The notes below the pieces were generated by a model. The model was not told the origin of the DNA and did not search any database. It saw only the letters and a list, made by a program, of their open reading frames with translations. This document shows positions 19,414-28,730 of a stretch of DNA of 64,000 bases, piece after piece. The DNA comes from a virus: IMG/VR virus record IMGVR_UViG_3300031519_000002; one strand, written 5' to 3'. Each line of letters starts with the position of its first letter. The first letter of the stretch is position 1. A program made the position numbers and the translations under genes.

Positions 19414-20889
19414 TTAAATTGCGCTTATCGATTTGATTGTAATAGTTCCTGCCATTGATGCATGTGATGTACATACATATCCATAGTTTCCTGAGATATT
19501 TGAAGGAATTTTCCAATACAATGTACCAGATGTTTTACCTTGTGCCGATGAACCAGTTGTTTCTGTGCCGTCTAACGCAACGTGTACTAATCCAGTACTG
19601 TATACCGATCCACCACTATTCTGAATTTGGAATGGGTGATTTGCTGTTGTAATCTTAAATGCAATAGTTGCCCCTGCCAATGCAAAGAGTGTTGGATCTT
19701 CTGTTGCACCATACTGATCAAATTTATATCCATTGTTTGAATCTGCTGTCACAGTTAATGTTGTAATTGCAGGATATGCTATTTGGTCAATAGTATGTTC
19801 ACTGTCTACCCAAGAACTTCCGTTATATACAAGTACATTACCAGTTGTAACTCCAGTAACATCAACACCACTAAGTGTTGCAAGTGTTGGAGAAGTTCCG
19901 TTAATAGTAATTGTATCACCCGTTATTGCTGTAGTAATATTTGTACCACCGGCAATAGTTAGTGTGTCAGTTGCACTGTCTGCTTCTGCAAGACCTGAGT
20001 CTGCTTGAACATTACTAAATGCATTTTGGTTTGCTTCACCACTTAGTGCATCACCTGCATAGTTAATAGTAAGCGTATCACCAACAATACTAGTTGTAAT
20101 GTTTGTGCCGCCTGCTAGTGTTAATGTGTCAGTTGCGGCATTTGCAGTTGTTGTTCCAGTATCGCCTGCAACTGTTTCGAATAAGTTCTGAATGCCAGTT
20201 GCGGCTGGTGTAATAAATGTAAATGTACCGTTGCCGTTTGCAGATAATACTTGTCCACTCGACCCATCAGTAATACTTAAACTAACAAGCGTTGTTGGAA
20301 TGGTCGGCTTGTTATTTAGGTTATTATAGTTTGTAAAGTACGAGCTATCAAAGCCATCAAGGGTGCCAGCATCAACTGCCGCGCCACCTGATGATACGTC
20401 AACCCCAGGTGCCCATTTGCCTCCGTCCCATTTAAGAACGTTACCTGCTTGCGGTGCTTGTGAAGTTGTATCAACATCAGTTAAACTATTAATAGTTCCC
20501 GTGTATGCAACTGCTGACAGTGGATCAGTGTAGTTTGGAATTGCGCCGCCACTAGCGTCTAATAGCATTTTACGCCATGCACTTGAGTGTGCAACATAAA
20601 CTGTTCCGCCTTCGTGTACATGTAGCATTGCACCATGATATGTGCTTGTACTAATTGCGTTCATTTGGTTTAACGTTGACGCATGAAATGATACTTTGTT
20701 AATTTTGTTATCGTCGTTTGGAATATCAAGTTCTAAACTTGAGTTCACTAAGTCCTTTAAGTTTGTACCGTCGCCTAACGAACTATATAGTTCGTCTGTA
20801 TTAGTATTGATCTTAGTAGCACCTGCTCTAAGACTATCACCAGTACCGTCGTTTGCGGCTGTTCCTAAATTTAAAATTGATTTTGCCAT
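19414..20889 (-). CDS. Baseplate/fibre connector-like protein (gp9/gp10-type N-terminus) with C-terminal cupredoxin-like domain
   Basis: N-terminal GTAANDGTGDSLRAGATKIN.N..ELY..LG; duplicated F..V..D.G...A....DTLT.AGGTNITT; C-terminal HPF...Y.CTSHASMAGTI. Confidence 0.7.
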   Translation of the reverse strand: MAKSILNLGTAANDGTGDSLRAGATKINTNTDELYSSLGDGTNLKDLVNSSLELDIPNDDNKINKVSFHASTLNQMNAISTSTYHGAMLHVHEGGTVYVAHSSAWRKMLLDASGGAIPNYTDPLSAVAYTGTINSLTDVDTTSQAPQAGNVLKWDGGKWAPGVDVSSGGAAVDAGTLDGFDSSYFTNYNNLNNKPTIPTTLVSLSITDGSSGQVLSANGNGTFTFITPAATGIQNLFETVAGDTGTTTANAATDTLTLAGGTNITTSIVGDTLTINYAGDALSGEANQNAFSNVQADSGLAEADSATDTLTIAGGTNITTAITGDTITINGTSPTLATLSGVDVTGVTTGNVLVYNGSSWVDSEHTIDQIAYPAITTLTVTADSNNGYKFDQYGATEDPTLFALAGATIAFKITTANHPFQIQNSGGSVYSTGLVHVALDGTETTGSSAQGKTSGTLYWKIPSNISGNYGYVCTSHASMAGTITIKSISAI

Positions 20890-20891
20890 TC

Positions 20892-21407
20892 TTACACCTT
20901 ATCAAATGTTATGTTCGTATTATCAAAATACGTACTTGTTGCATCAAAAGTATTTATTCCAGAGCCTTCCTCGACACTAGACACGTCTGCAATAATAGCA
21001 GGCGGAGTCAATTGATGTATTGTTTTTGCATACGTTGCATGATATATTAATTTAGCGCCAGAGTATATACTACTTGACGGATTAACGTGTATCTTGCAAA
21101 TGCTTTCGTCTACAGTAACCGATAATGCAATTAGTTCTTGGTTAATACTTGATCTTCCAAATACACTTGCTACTGCTCTATCAGGTCTTGCAACTACTGA
21201 AAGTTGCATAATTTCTTTTTCGTTTGAATCAAATTCAACTGTGATTTGATACGTTACACTACTGAATTCGCCAACATGCCATTGATCCATAATCGTGTTG
21301 TAGTGACAGCCGATCCAATTACCTTTATAACTAAAGCTAGATCTGTCCGGCAGATGAATTGTTTGGTTTGAGCCTTTTGTAAATAGGCCTGTTAGAAGTT
21401 TATTCAT
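20892..21407 (-). CDS. Putative virion structural protein
   Basis: Beta-rich ORF heading a late operon; GGAG RBS. Confidence 0.55.
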   Translation of the reverse strand: MNKLLTGLFTKGSNQTIHLPDRSSFSYKGNWIGCHYNTIMDQWHVGEFSSVTYQITVEFDSNEKEIMQLSVVARPDRAVASVFGRSSINQELIALSVTVDESICKIHVNPSSSIYSGAKLIYHATYAKTIHQLTPPAIIADVSSVEEGSGINTFDATSTYFDNTNITFDKV

Positions 21408-21425
21408 AGTTCATGCTCCATATTG

Positions 21426-21433
21426 TATTTATC
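21426..21433 (-). promoter_or_regulatory. Late-promoter-like GATAAATA
   Basis: Intergenic, upstream of the 21407 gene. Confidence 0.65.
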
Positions 21434-21464
21434 GTTTTATAAAGATATGCAACAGTACAGATTT

Positions 21465-22028
21465 TTATGATATATCTACTAAACTATGGGCAAATTGATA
21501 TAAATTATCAAAAATTTCAGTCTGCTTTTTAAGATCTTTGTTTGCAAACGTATTTAACTTCTTAACAGTTTCTGCTCCGTATCCTGTACGTAGTAACACA
21601 GGTCTTGCTTTTGCTTTTACTGCGGCCTTAAGGTCACTAATTTTATCTCCAACATACAAACCGTTTTTCCAATCACATCCTACTTCTGCGGCCGCACGTT
21701 TAAACATTCCTACATTAGGCTTTGCGTAAATATCGTCTTTAAGACTAGTGGTTGAATAATAAAGGCCATTAATGCTCTTGCATCCAATGTCGCCTAATAA
21801 TTTAAGCATATGATTATGTACTAGGTCAACATCAACTTCGTCCATTATTCCTTTACTGATCCCACCTTGATTAGTAAGGATAACAACGTCATACCCCTTA
21901 TCTCTAATCATTTTTACAGCTTCTAAACTACCTTCAATTGGTGTAAACTGCTCAGGGCGAGTTACATATGTTCCAATATCTACATTAATAGTACCATCTC
22001 TGTCTAATCCAATTACCGGTGTACTCAT
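21465..22028 (-). CDS. gmhB: D,D-heptose 1,7-bisphosphate phosphatase (HAD IIIA)
   Basis: LDRDGTIN, TNQGGI, KPNVGM, VGDKISD. The start is MSTPV at 22028, with GGAG upstream. Confidence 0.85.
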   Translation of the reverse strand: MSTPVIGLDRDGTINVDIGTYVTRPEQFTPIEGSLEAVKMIRDKGYDVVILTNQGGISKGIMDEVDVDLVHNHMLKLLGDIGCKSINGLYYSTTSLKDDIYAKPNVGMFKRAAAEVGCDWKNGLYVGDKISDLKAAVKAKARPVLLRTGYGAETVKKLNTFANKDLKKQTEIFDNLYQFAHSLVDIS

Positions 22029-22029
22029 G

Positions 22030-22890
22030 TTACGGTCTCCATCTATCATCTGACCAGCCTACTTGTTCTTTATTAAACCAATCTAGTTCAAAAAGTAAAA
22101 TATCATCAGTGGCTGTTAATGTTTGCTTCCATGTTTCAACAAACTCTAAAGTTTTATTATTTAATTTGCAAACGTGTTCTTGTATAAAATTTGCGGCTTC
22201 GTGTGTGAGTGGATGCACTTCGGGCTGACTCATATGTAAATGTTCTGGATTTTTACTAGGCACACTTGTTGGTCTTGTTTTAAAAAACTCGTCGTCGACT
22301 CCAAAGCCTAGTGCATTAAGTATTGGTGGACAAGTAGTTTTAATATCATCTTTGTATTTTTCTAGTATTGCTCTACAATCTTCTAATTCTAAATATTTGT
22401 TTTTAGTATTAAATTCTTTACTAAGTTCGTTCCAGCCCTCTGTTGGCTCTCTAAAGCCAGTAGATATAACATTACATCCAATATTTTCTAATGCTTTGTG
22501 TGTACTGCTTATTAATGCACAGTCTCTCATTGTTGCCCATATAGGATCTGCATAGTCCCAAGAATTTTCATAACGATAATTGTTTACAATAAATGCTTCA
22601 TCAGTATTATTAGCGTTAAAGTTACCTGGTGTCCACCAACCTCGGCCCATATGATATCTGTCTTCGCGGAAAAAACTAGACCACTGTAGTAAGATGATAT
22701 CGTCTTTATTAAATTTGTGTTCAGTGTTTGCTTCCCATAGTCGGGTTGATATGTATTGATTACCTGCACCACTACGTCCCCAGTTCTCTCCAACAGTGGC
22801 ACCTTCTTCTACGTAATGATGTATTAATACATCTGCCCAAGTGGGATAAAAATACTGTGTTAGACTGCATCCAAATGCAAATACCCTCAT
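22030..22890 (-). CDS. SGNH/GDSL-like hydrolase or acyltransferase-like protein
   Basis: FAFGCSLT (block I-like), NWGRSGAGN (block II-like), late EVHP. Confidence 0.55.
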   Translation of the reverse strand: MRVFAFGCSLTQYFYPTWADVLIHHYVEEGATVGENWGRSGAGNQYISTRLWEANTEHKFNKDDIILLQWSSFFREDRYHMGRGWWTPGNFNANNTDEAFIVNNYRYENSWDYADPIWATMRDCALISSTHKALENIGCNVISTGFREPTEGWNELSKEFNTKNKYLELEDCRAILEKYKDDIKTTCPPILNALGFGVDDEFFKTRPTSVPSKNPEHLHMSQPEVHPLTHEAANFIQEHVCKLNNKTLEFVETWKQTLTATDDILLFELDWFNKEQVGWSDDRWRP

Positions 22891-24350
22891 ACTAGATGCC
22901 TTAATAACTCTAGCATTAACTTATGTGGGATTGTTTTTGATCGATCAAAATTTATTTTGTGCTTACAAATCTCATCAATTTGCATTAGTACTTCATCGGG
23001 CAACATATTATATTGTGTTAAAATGCTATCAGTATCAAACAAATCTAATCCATGCATTACTAGTGCAACATTATATTCGTTAAACAACACTTTCTTTGTA
23101 TATGATGTAAAATCATCAGCAATGGGCAATCGCGTCTTCCACATTTTTAAATTTTCTTGTAGTGTATGTGGCAATGGAGTACTTGCTACTTTGTTCCAAA
23201 ACGGCGTATCACGCCTATTGCTAACATAGTGCAATGCAATAAAGTCTCTAACATTTTCCATTATAGCATTAACTTCTATGTTATATCGATTAATACTTTG
23301 TTCATTATAATTAATCATACGACGAGCTAATAAGAATGCTTGATTGATACTAGTACCAATACTACTTGCTTCTAAAGGTTCTACAAAACTAGCACTAAGG
23401 CCAATAGCACAAACATTTTTAATCCAAGGACGATCAACTGCACCTGGGTCAAATTTAATATGTTTTGCTACGTCAATACTATGTCCTAAATATTTTTCAA
23501 CTTCTATTTGTGCCTGTTCTGCTGTAATAAAGTTACTGTCAAAAATATACCCGTTTCCTTTACGCCCTTGTACCGGTATACGAAACATCCAACCAGCATC
23601 CATTGCTTTAGCTAGAGTCCATAACGGAGTTTCTTCTTCTTGGGGAGTAGGAAATACAATAGCTTCCTTCATTAGCAAATGATCACTATAACTATTCCAA
23701 GTTGCTCCCAGCTTTCCAATTAATAGTCTAGAAAATCCTGTACAATCAATATAAAAATCATAATTATATGTTTTAGTTTTACTTGTAATGTAATCTATAC
23801 CTTGGGTGTTGACTGCTACATCTACTATTTCATCATCAAATACATTACATCCTTTTTCAATTGCAAACTTAGTTAAAAAATTATTTAATTTTTGTGTATT
23901 AAAGTGATATTGACTAACTCCAGTATCGTTTGGACGCTCATCTATAAATTTATTAAATGGTACATTGTTATTCCAAAGATAATCACCCGTCATGTCTCTT
24001 GGATTGCATTGTTCACCAATAAGTTTTGCAAATGCGGCAGGTAATCCTAAATGTTCAAACACAAAAGGAGAATGTACACTTTGAAGATATGGTTTATCTC
24101 CCCAATCTTCAAACATAATTCCTGTTTTGAATGTTGCATCACATTCATTAATAAGTTGTGCAGTCTGTATGCCAACATGATCCATAAATACTGACCAATG
24201 TTCTGTTGTCCCTTCACCAACTCCAATAGTTCCAATTTTTTCTGATCGGATAATGTCTACTTGATAGTTTGGATAAGTGGTTTTTAGAATTAATGCTGAT
24301 ACAAATCCTGCTGTACCGCCGCCTACTACTGCTATTTTCATGTCATTCAT
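22887..24350 (-). CDS. Flavin-dependent (tryptophan-halogenase family) halogenase 3
   Basis: GGGTAG, IGVGEGT, DATFKTGI, WMFRIP, FVEPLEASS. Confidence 0.88.
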   Translation of the reverse strand: MNDMKIAVVGGGTAGFVSALILKTTYPNYQVDIIRSEKIGTIGVGEGTTEHWSVFMDHVGIQTAQLINECDATFKTGIMFEDWGDKPYLQSVHSPFVFEHLGLPAAFAKLIGEQCNPRDMTGDYLWNNNVPFNKFIDERPNDTGVSQYHFNTQKLNNFLTKFAIEKGCNVFDDEIVDVAVNTQGIDYITSKTKTYNYDFYIDCTGFSRLLIGKLGATWNSYSDHLLMKEAIVFPTPQEEETPLWTLAKAMDAGWMFRIPVQGRKGNGYIFDSNFITAEQAQIEVEKYLGHSIDVAKHIKFDPGAVDRPWIKNVCAIGLSASFVEPLEASSIGTSINQAFLLARRMINYNEQSINRYNIEVNAIMENVRDFIALHYVSNRRDTPFWNKVASTPLPHTLQENLKMWKTRLPIADDFTSYTKKVLFNEYNVALVMHGLDLFDTDSILTQYNMLPDEVLMQIDEICKHKINFDRSKTIPHKLMLELLRHLV

Positions 24351-24918
24351 CTAATGTATACCATCCCGTTACAATGTACTTACTTCCTTTGTAAATAGGA
24401 TTGCCGCGATGTGGATGGGTAAATGCTGTAGGGAAAATACTTAGCTTGCCTGGTTCGGGCTTAACTTTAACTCCTTGGTATAGGAATTCTGTTTCGCCGC
24501 CTTCTTCTACAGCATTTAAGTAAACTGTGTAAGCAAGTACCCGCGAACACGAACTTAGTGATGCGCTTTCACAATGCCAAGCATGATAACCTTGGTGCGG
24601 CATAGTCTTTTGTATACTCATTCCTTTAGGAGAATGCTGTAAAACGTTACCTAAACTTTCATACTTAGTACGATACTTTTCTGTGTACACTTTATTAAGA
24701 GTAGCATAGAAATAACGACACAAGTCATCGTCTGCATGGTATCTTGAATTATGATTTGCCCAATCCATAATAATTCTTTCGTCTTGATTCTTTGTACTGC
24801 TTTCAAGGTTTGTTAATTGACTGGCAGACATTTCTTCAAAGCGTTTAATTATTTGCTTACACCAATCAATCGGAAAAACATTCGAGTATTCTTCAAGTCC
24901 GTCAAAATTATCTTTCAT
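24343..24918 (-). CDS. 2OG-Fe(II) oxygenase (prolyl-4-hydroxylase-like)
   Basis: GYHAWHCE, YLNAVEEGGETEF, FP..FTHPHRGN, KYIVTGW. Confidence 0.85.
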   Translation of the reverse strand: MKDNFDGLEEYSNVFPIDWCKQIIKRFEEMSASQLTNLESSTKNQDERIIMDWANHNSRYHADDDLCRYFYATLNKVYTEKYRTKYESLGNVLQHSPKGMSIQKTMPHQGYHAWHCESASLSSCSRVLAYTVYLNAVEEGGETEFLYQGVKVKPEPGKLSIFPTAFTHPHRGNPIYKGSKYIVTGWYTLDE

Positions 24919-24929
24919 TTATTTTTCTC

Positions 24930-25649
24930 CTATATAAAGAATTGTTGATTAATTCTATAATTTTTATCTGTAAACATGCTTGGCTTTACATATGCCGAGT
25001 GTAGCAAGGATTGATTGTACAATACCATTCTATTATACTGCATTGGAACCATTCCAATCATTTTCCAATCATGTGAACTATCAGTTATGTATTTTGTTAC
25101 TTTAGTAGTACCAGTAACATCCATTCCGATATCTCCGTTTATTAGTTGTACTCGGTCAGTAAAGCATGTTTCGCCTCCAAACTCGTAAAAGCTAGTGCCG
25201 CCGTTACACTCGTTAGCATTGTTTAAGTAAATTGTACTAGCAAGATTTGTTCCTGAAGGATTATCTTGATGCGGCACAAGTGGCGGCAACTTATCTGACT
25301 GCATAACATTAACCATAAAGGTTGCATTCATAAAACTATTTTGCATGTATTCTTGTGGTTTATGTTCCATAATCTCTGGAAAATATGTTCTACTCAATTG
25401 ATCAAATGCCCAAGCCATACCGCTTAACTCATAAAATGCATTTACTCTCTCGGCAGGATTGCCTCCTCTAATACGTTTATTAGTTGATGCTGGAATATCT
25501 AATGCAAGTTGTCGCACCATATCTGGATTCTTATAAAAATTATCAACTACTAATACTGGAACTTTATGTTGTCCAAATCTCCATAGCCTTGCATCAAAGT
25601 CTCGGTTAATATCAAATGTTTCTACTTCGTTAATTGTATTTTTATTCAT
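24930..25649 (-). CDS. DUF6445-like 2OG-Fe(II) oxygenase-fold protein
   Basis: VVDNFYKNPD.VR, PHQD, IYLN...GGTSFY, YNRMVLYN..LLHS. Confidence 0.7.
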   Translation of the reverse strand: MNKNTINEVETFDINRDFDARLWRFGQHKVPVLVVDNFYKNPDMVRQLALDIPASTNKRIRGGNPAERVNAFYELSGMAWAFDQLSRTYFPEIMEHKPQEYMQNSFMNATFMVNVMQSDKLPPLVPHQDNPSGTNLASTIYLNNANECNGGTSFYEFGGETCFTDRVQLINGDIGMDVTGTTKVTKYITDSSHDWKMIGMVPMQYNRMVLYNQSLLHSAYVKPSMFTDKNYRINQQFFI

Positions 25650-26244
25650 TTATACGTTCCTTAATAATAAAATTAGCACTAATTGTTGCTCTTACTTCTG
25701 TGCTATTGTTAGGCGAAACATAATGTTCTAATGTGCTTGGAAAATATATAATGTCACCTTCGTCTAGTGGGGGTGTTATTCTATTGTTAAACTTAAAAGG
25801 CTGTGTAGTTAACTTTGGTAAGTCTGATTGATGGAAATAATCATATGCATTTTTGTAAAATGTAAAGTTTCCGCTATTAGTAGGCGTGTGCATCATATAT
25901 GCACAACTAATAATAGATTCTCCAGCATGATTGTGAACTTCTTGGAATTGCCCATTGGTGTATCTATTGAGCCAACATTCAATCCTGTAATCTCTTGGAA
26001 GATCTAGTTCGTAAATTTCCAAGTACTCATTAAGACCTGCAATAGCCGACTTAATAAACTGTTGCCAAGGTAAGCTATCAGCATCTCTATTACCGAAAGT
26101 TGTATCTACGTTACTATTCCATGTTGGAACTTCACTAAAGTACTCATCGCCTTTGAGTACTTCAGTAAAATCCGCTTGTATATCTACATGGTTGGCTAAC
26201 TTTGCTTTATATACCGGTACAGAATATATAGATTGATGTGTCAC
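25642..26244 (-). CDS. TIGR02466-like 2OG-Fe(II) oxygenase
   Basis: WLNRY...HNH...S..Y, EGDIIYFPSTLEHYV, R.TISAN. Confidence 0.8.
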   Translation of the reverse strand: MTHQSIYSVPVYKAKLANHVDIQADFTEVLKGDEYFSEVPTWNSNVDTTFGNRDADSLPWQQFIKSAIAGLNEYLEIYELDLPRDYRIECWLNRYTNGQFQEVHNHAGESIISCAYMMHTPTNSGNFTFYKNAYDYFHQSDLPKLTTQPFKFNNRITPPLDEGDIIYFPSTLEHYVSPNNSTEVRATISANFIIKERINE

Positions 26245-28073
26245 TAGTTCTTCATTTCGATCATTACACTATATTCTGGCAAATAGCAGTATTCCATTTC
26301 ACTATTGTAAAGTGTACGAATTGCATCATCTAGTGTTTCTACTAACGGCTCACCACCTAAGTTAAAACTAGTATTAAAGATAATTGGCACATTGGTTTGC
26401 GCATAAAATTCAGTAATAATATCATAATAGTGCTTATTTTGTTTTCTTGTTACAGTTTGTATGCGACATGTTCCATCAACATGTATAATACTAGGAATTA
26501 AATCTTGTTTACCTTCTTGGCAATCCATTGCATACATCATATGCGGACTTTCTTCCAGTCCTCGCATATCAAACCACTCACTTGCATGTTCAGCAAGGAT
26601 AGTTCCTGCAAATGGACGGAAATATTCTCTACGCTTAACACTATTAACATGATCTTTACCGTTCGGGTCAGTTGGATCATACATAATACTTCTGTTACCT
26701 AATGCACGTGGGCCGTTTTCACTTTTTCCTTGAAACATTGTTACAATGTTTTTATTACGAATTAGATCAACAACTTTTTTATTATCTGCTTCTACAACTG
26801 TTGCTCCGTATTTGTCAGCAACTTCTTTAATTTCTTCTGCGCTATAATGATATTCAAATCCTTCGTAGATTGTTTCTGCTAACGGACGTACTTTAGTATC
26901 TTTAGTTGTTTGATGGTACATCATCATTGCCGCACCGATTGCAGTGCCTGCATCGTTACTAACTGGCTCTACATACAAAGTAATACCTTCTTTTTGTAGC
27001 TTATCAAGATACCAATAGTTAGCAACACAGTTTAGTGCATAGCCACCACTTAGTACAACATTTTTGTTGCCACTCATTTCAACTGCTTTCATAATAAGAC
27101 TTAAAACTTCTTGTTGTGATTCTGTTTGTACAGCATATGCTAAGTCTCGACGGTTTTCTAGTGTAGTTAAATCAACTTTACTATTAATTACGTCTTCTGA
27201 TGTGTCAAGATAATCATATTTCCCTTCATTAATAACAGCCGCATTAGGATATGTTGGAACAACAACATTTCTATCACTTGTTCTCCACTTGCCACCATTG
27301 CCATCTGTATATATTGTTGGAATATTACTATTAGGTTTGCCATATGGAGCAAGTCCCATAGTTTTTCCTGCTTCAATTGGTTGGAAGCCACAATATTGTG
27401 TTACTGCTTCATATGCTTTTACAATACCTGCTGTATCGTCAAGTACTAGTTCGTGATATCCTTCTTCACCTTCTCTATCTGACGGAATATACGGAATACA
27501 TGTACTTGGGAACGGGCCATTTCCGCCTTGATGTTTATACAATGTTTTAAATGCATCGGGATATGCACAATTAAAAATACTTTCAGTTTCCCATGTCATA
27601 AATTCATCGTTAAAAATACCAGTATTGATATTCATAGGTATAAATGTTCCAGCACCATCAACAACTACTGCTGTTGCTGTTTCCATACCTGATCTATAAA
27701 ATGCACAAGCCGCATGTAACTTATGATGTACACTAGATAGATCAACTACTTGTCTATGTTCGTATTTTCCATCTTGCGAGTATGCGCTGTCTGAACGATC
27801 AATTAATCCTAACTTACGTGCTAGACCAGTATACATGTCTCCACCACTAAAATCAATTCTACTTGAATCTGCTAATGGTTGCGTGTGTGCAACTACCAAA
27901 TAATCAAGTTTATCAGTGTAGTCTAAAAATTTAATCATTGCGGCTAGCGGCCCACCGTCATATTTTTTACGTGTTAGTCGTTCTTCTTCGATTGCAAACA
28001 CAATCTCTCCGTCTTTAAGAAGAACAGCGCCGCCGTTATGTCCTCTTGTAATTGCTCCAATCCACTGCGTCAT
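26244..28073 (-). CDS. O-carbamoyltransferase (NodU/CmcH/TobZ family)
   Basis: EEERLTRKK, HHKLHA, VVDGAG, GKTMGLAPYG, SGGYALNCVAN, GPRALGNRS, KRREYFRPFA, NTSFNLGGEPLV. Confidence 0.93.
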   Translation of the reverse strand: MTQWIGAITRGHNGGAVLLKDGEIVFAIEEERLTRKKYDGGPLAAMIKFLDYTDKLDYLVVAHTQPLADSSRIDFSGGDMYTGLARKLGLIDRSDSAYSQDGKYEHRQVVDLSSVHHKLHAACAFYRSGMETATAVVVDGAGTFIPMNINTGIFNDEFMTWETESIFNCAYPDAFKTLYKHQGGNGPFPSTCIPYIPSDREGEEGYHELVLDDTAGIVKAYEAVTQYCGFQPIEAGKTMGLAPYGKPNSNIPTIYTDGNGGKWRTSDRNVVVPTYPNAAVINEGKYDYLDTSEDVINSKVDLTTLENRRDLAYAVQTESQQEVLSLIMKAVEMSGNKNVVLSGGYALNCVANYWYLDKLQKEGITLYVEPVSNDAGTAIGAAMMMYHQTTKDTKVRPLAETIYEGFEYHYSAEEIKEVADKYGATVVEADNKKVVDLIRNKNIVTMFQGKSENGPRALGNRSIMYDPTDPNGKDHVNSVKRREYFRPFAGTILAEHASEWFDMRGLEESPHMMYAMDCQEGKQDLIPSIIHVDGTCRIQTVTRKQNKHYYDIITEFYAQTNVPIIFNTSFNLGGEPLVETLDDAIRTLYNSEMEYCYLPEYSVMIEMKN

Positions 28074-28118
28074 AGTTTTATCTTCCTTTGTTATGTTTTA
28101 ATTTTATTAGTTCGATTA

Positions 28119-28730
28119 TTAGTCAAAAGTAGGTGTTGGATTATAATTAAAATCAACTACAAATACTTTTCTTTCATTAAGTGTAGGATATGTTCCATGA
28201 AATACCCTACCGTCCATAATTACCATTTTACCTGCTTGTGTAGGATGTGTACGGTATTGAATAGTATTATCTTCTGTAGGCTGTAATGTAAATAAATTTC
28301 CAGCATATGGAAGATTAATATCTGCGTCACAATCATCTAAAAACAATATAGCTGTTAATTGCTTTCCTAGTATATGATCATGTAGTAAACTGTATGCACC
28401 CGTTGGATATCTTACACCCCATGCTTTCTTAAACTGCCCAACATTAATCGGTAATTGTTGTAATTGAAATTTTATAAAACTTTGAAATTCTAGTCTAGGA
28501 TCAATATCAGTTGGATAATCCATATTAGGCTTATAAAATTGGACGCCACCACTGAATCCTGTATTTTTGTGTCCTTCATTTTCGTCTTTAAATAAAGCTA
28601 AAAACTTTTTCCACTTAGGATAGTAAATATCATCTATAATCCAAGTTTCAATTTGATTAGGCAATACTGCTTTAGGTAGCTCAAGCGGTTCTGTATATGA
28701 ACTATTTAAGAATTGTCCCGGATCTGACAT
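28119..28730 (-). CDS. 2OG-Fe(II) oxygenase-like protein
   Basis: LHDH...LTAILFLD, GKMVIMDGRVFHGTYP, R.VFVVDF. Confidence 0.65.
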   Translation of the reverse strand: MSDPGQFLNSSYTEPLELPKAVLPNQIETWIIDDIYYPKWKKFLALFKDENEGHKNTGFSGGVQFYKPNMDYPTDIDPRLEFQSFIKFQLQQLPINVGQFKKAWGVRYPTGAYSLLHDHILGKQLTAILFLDDCDADINLPYAGNLFTLQPTEDNTIQYRTHPTQAGKMVIMDGRVFHGTYPTLNERKVFVVDFNYNPTPTFD

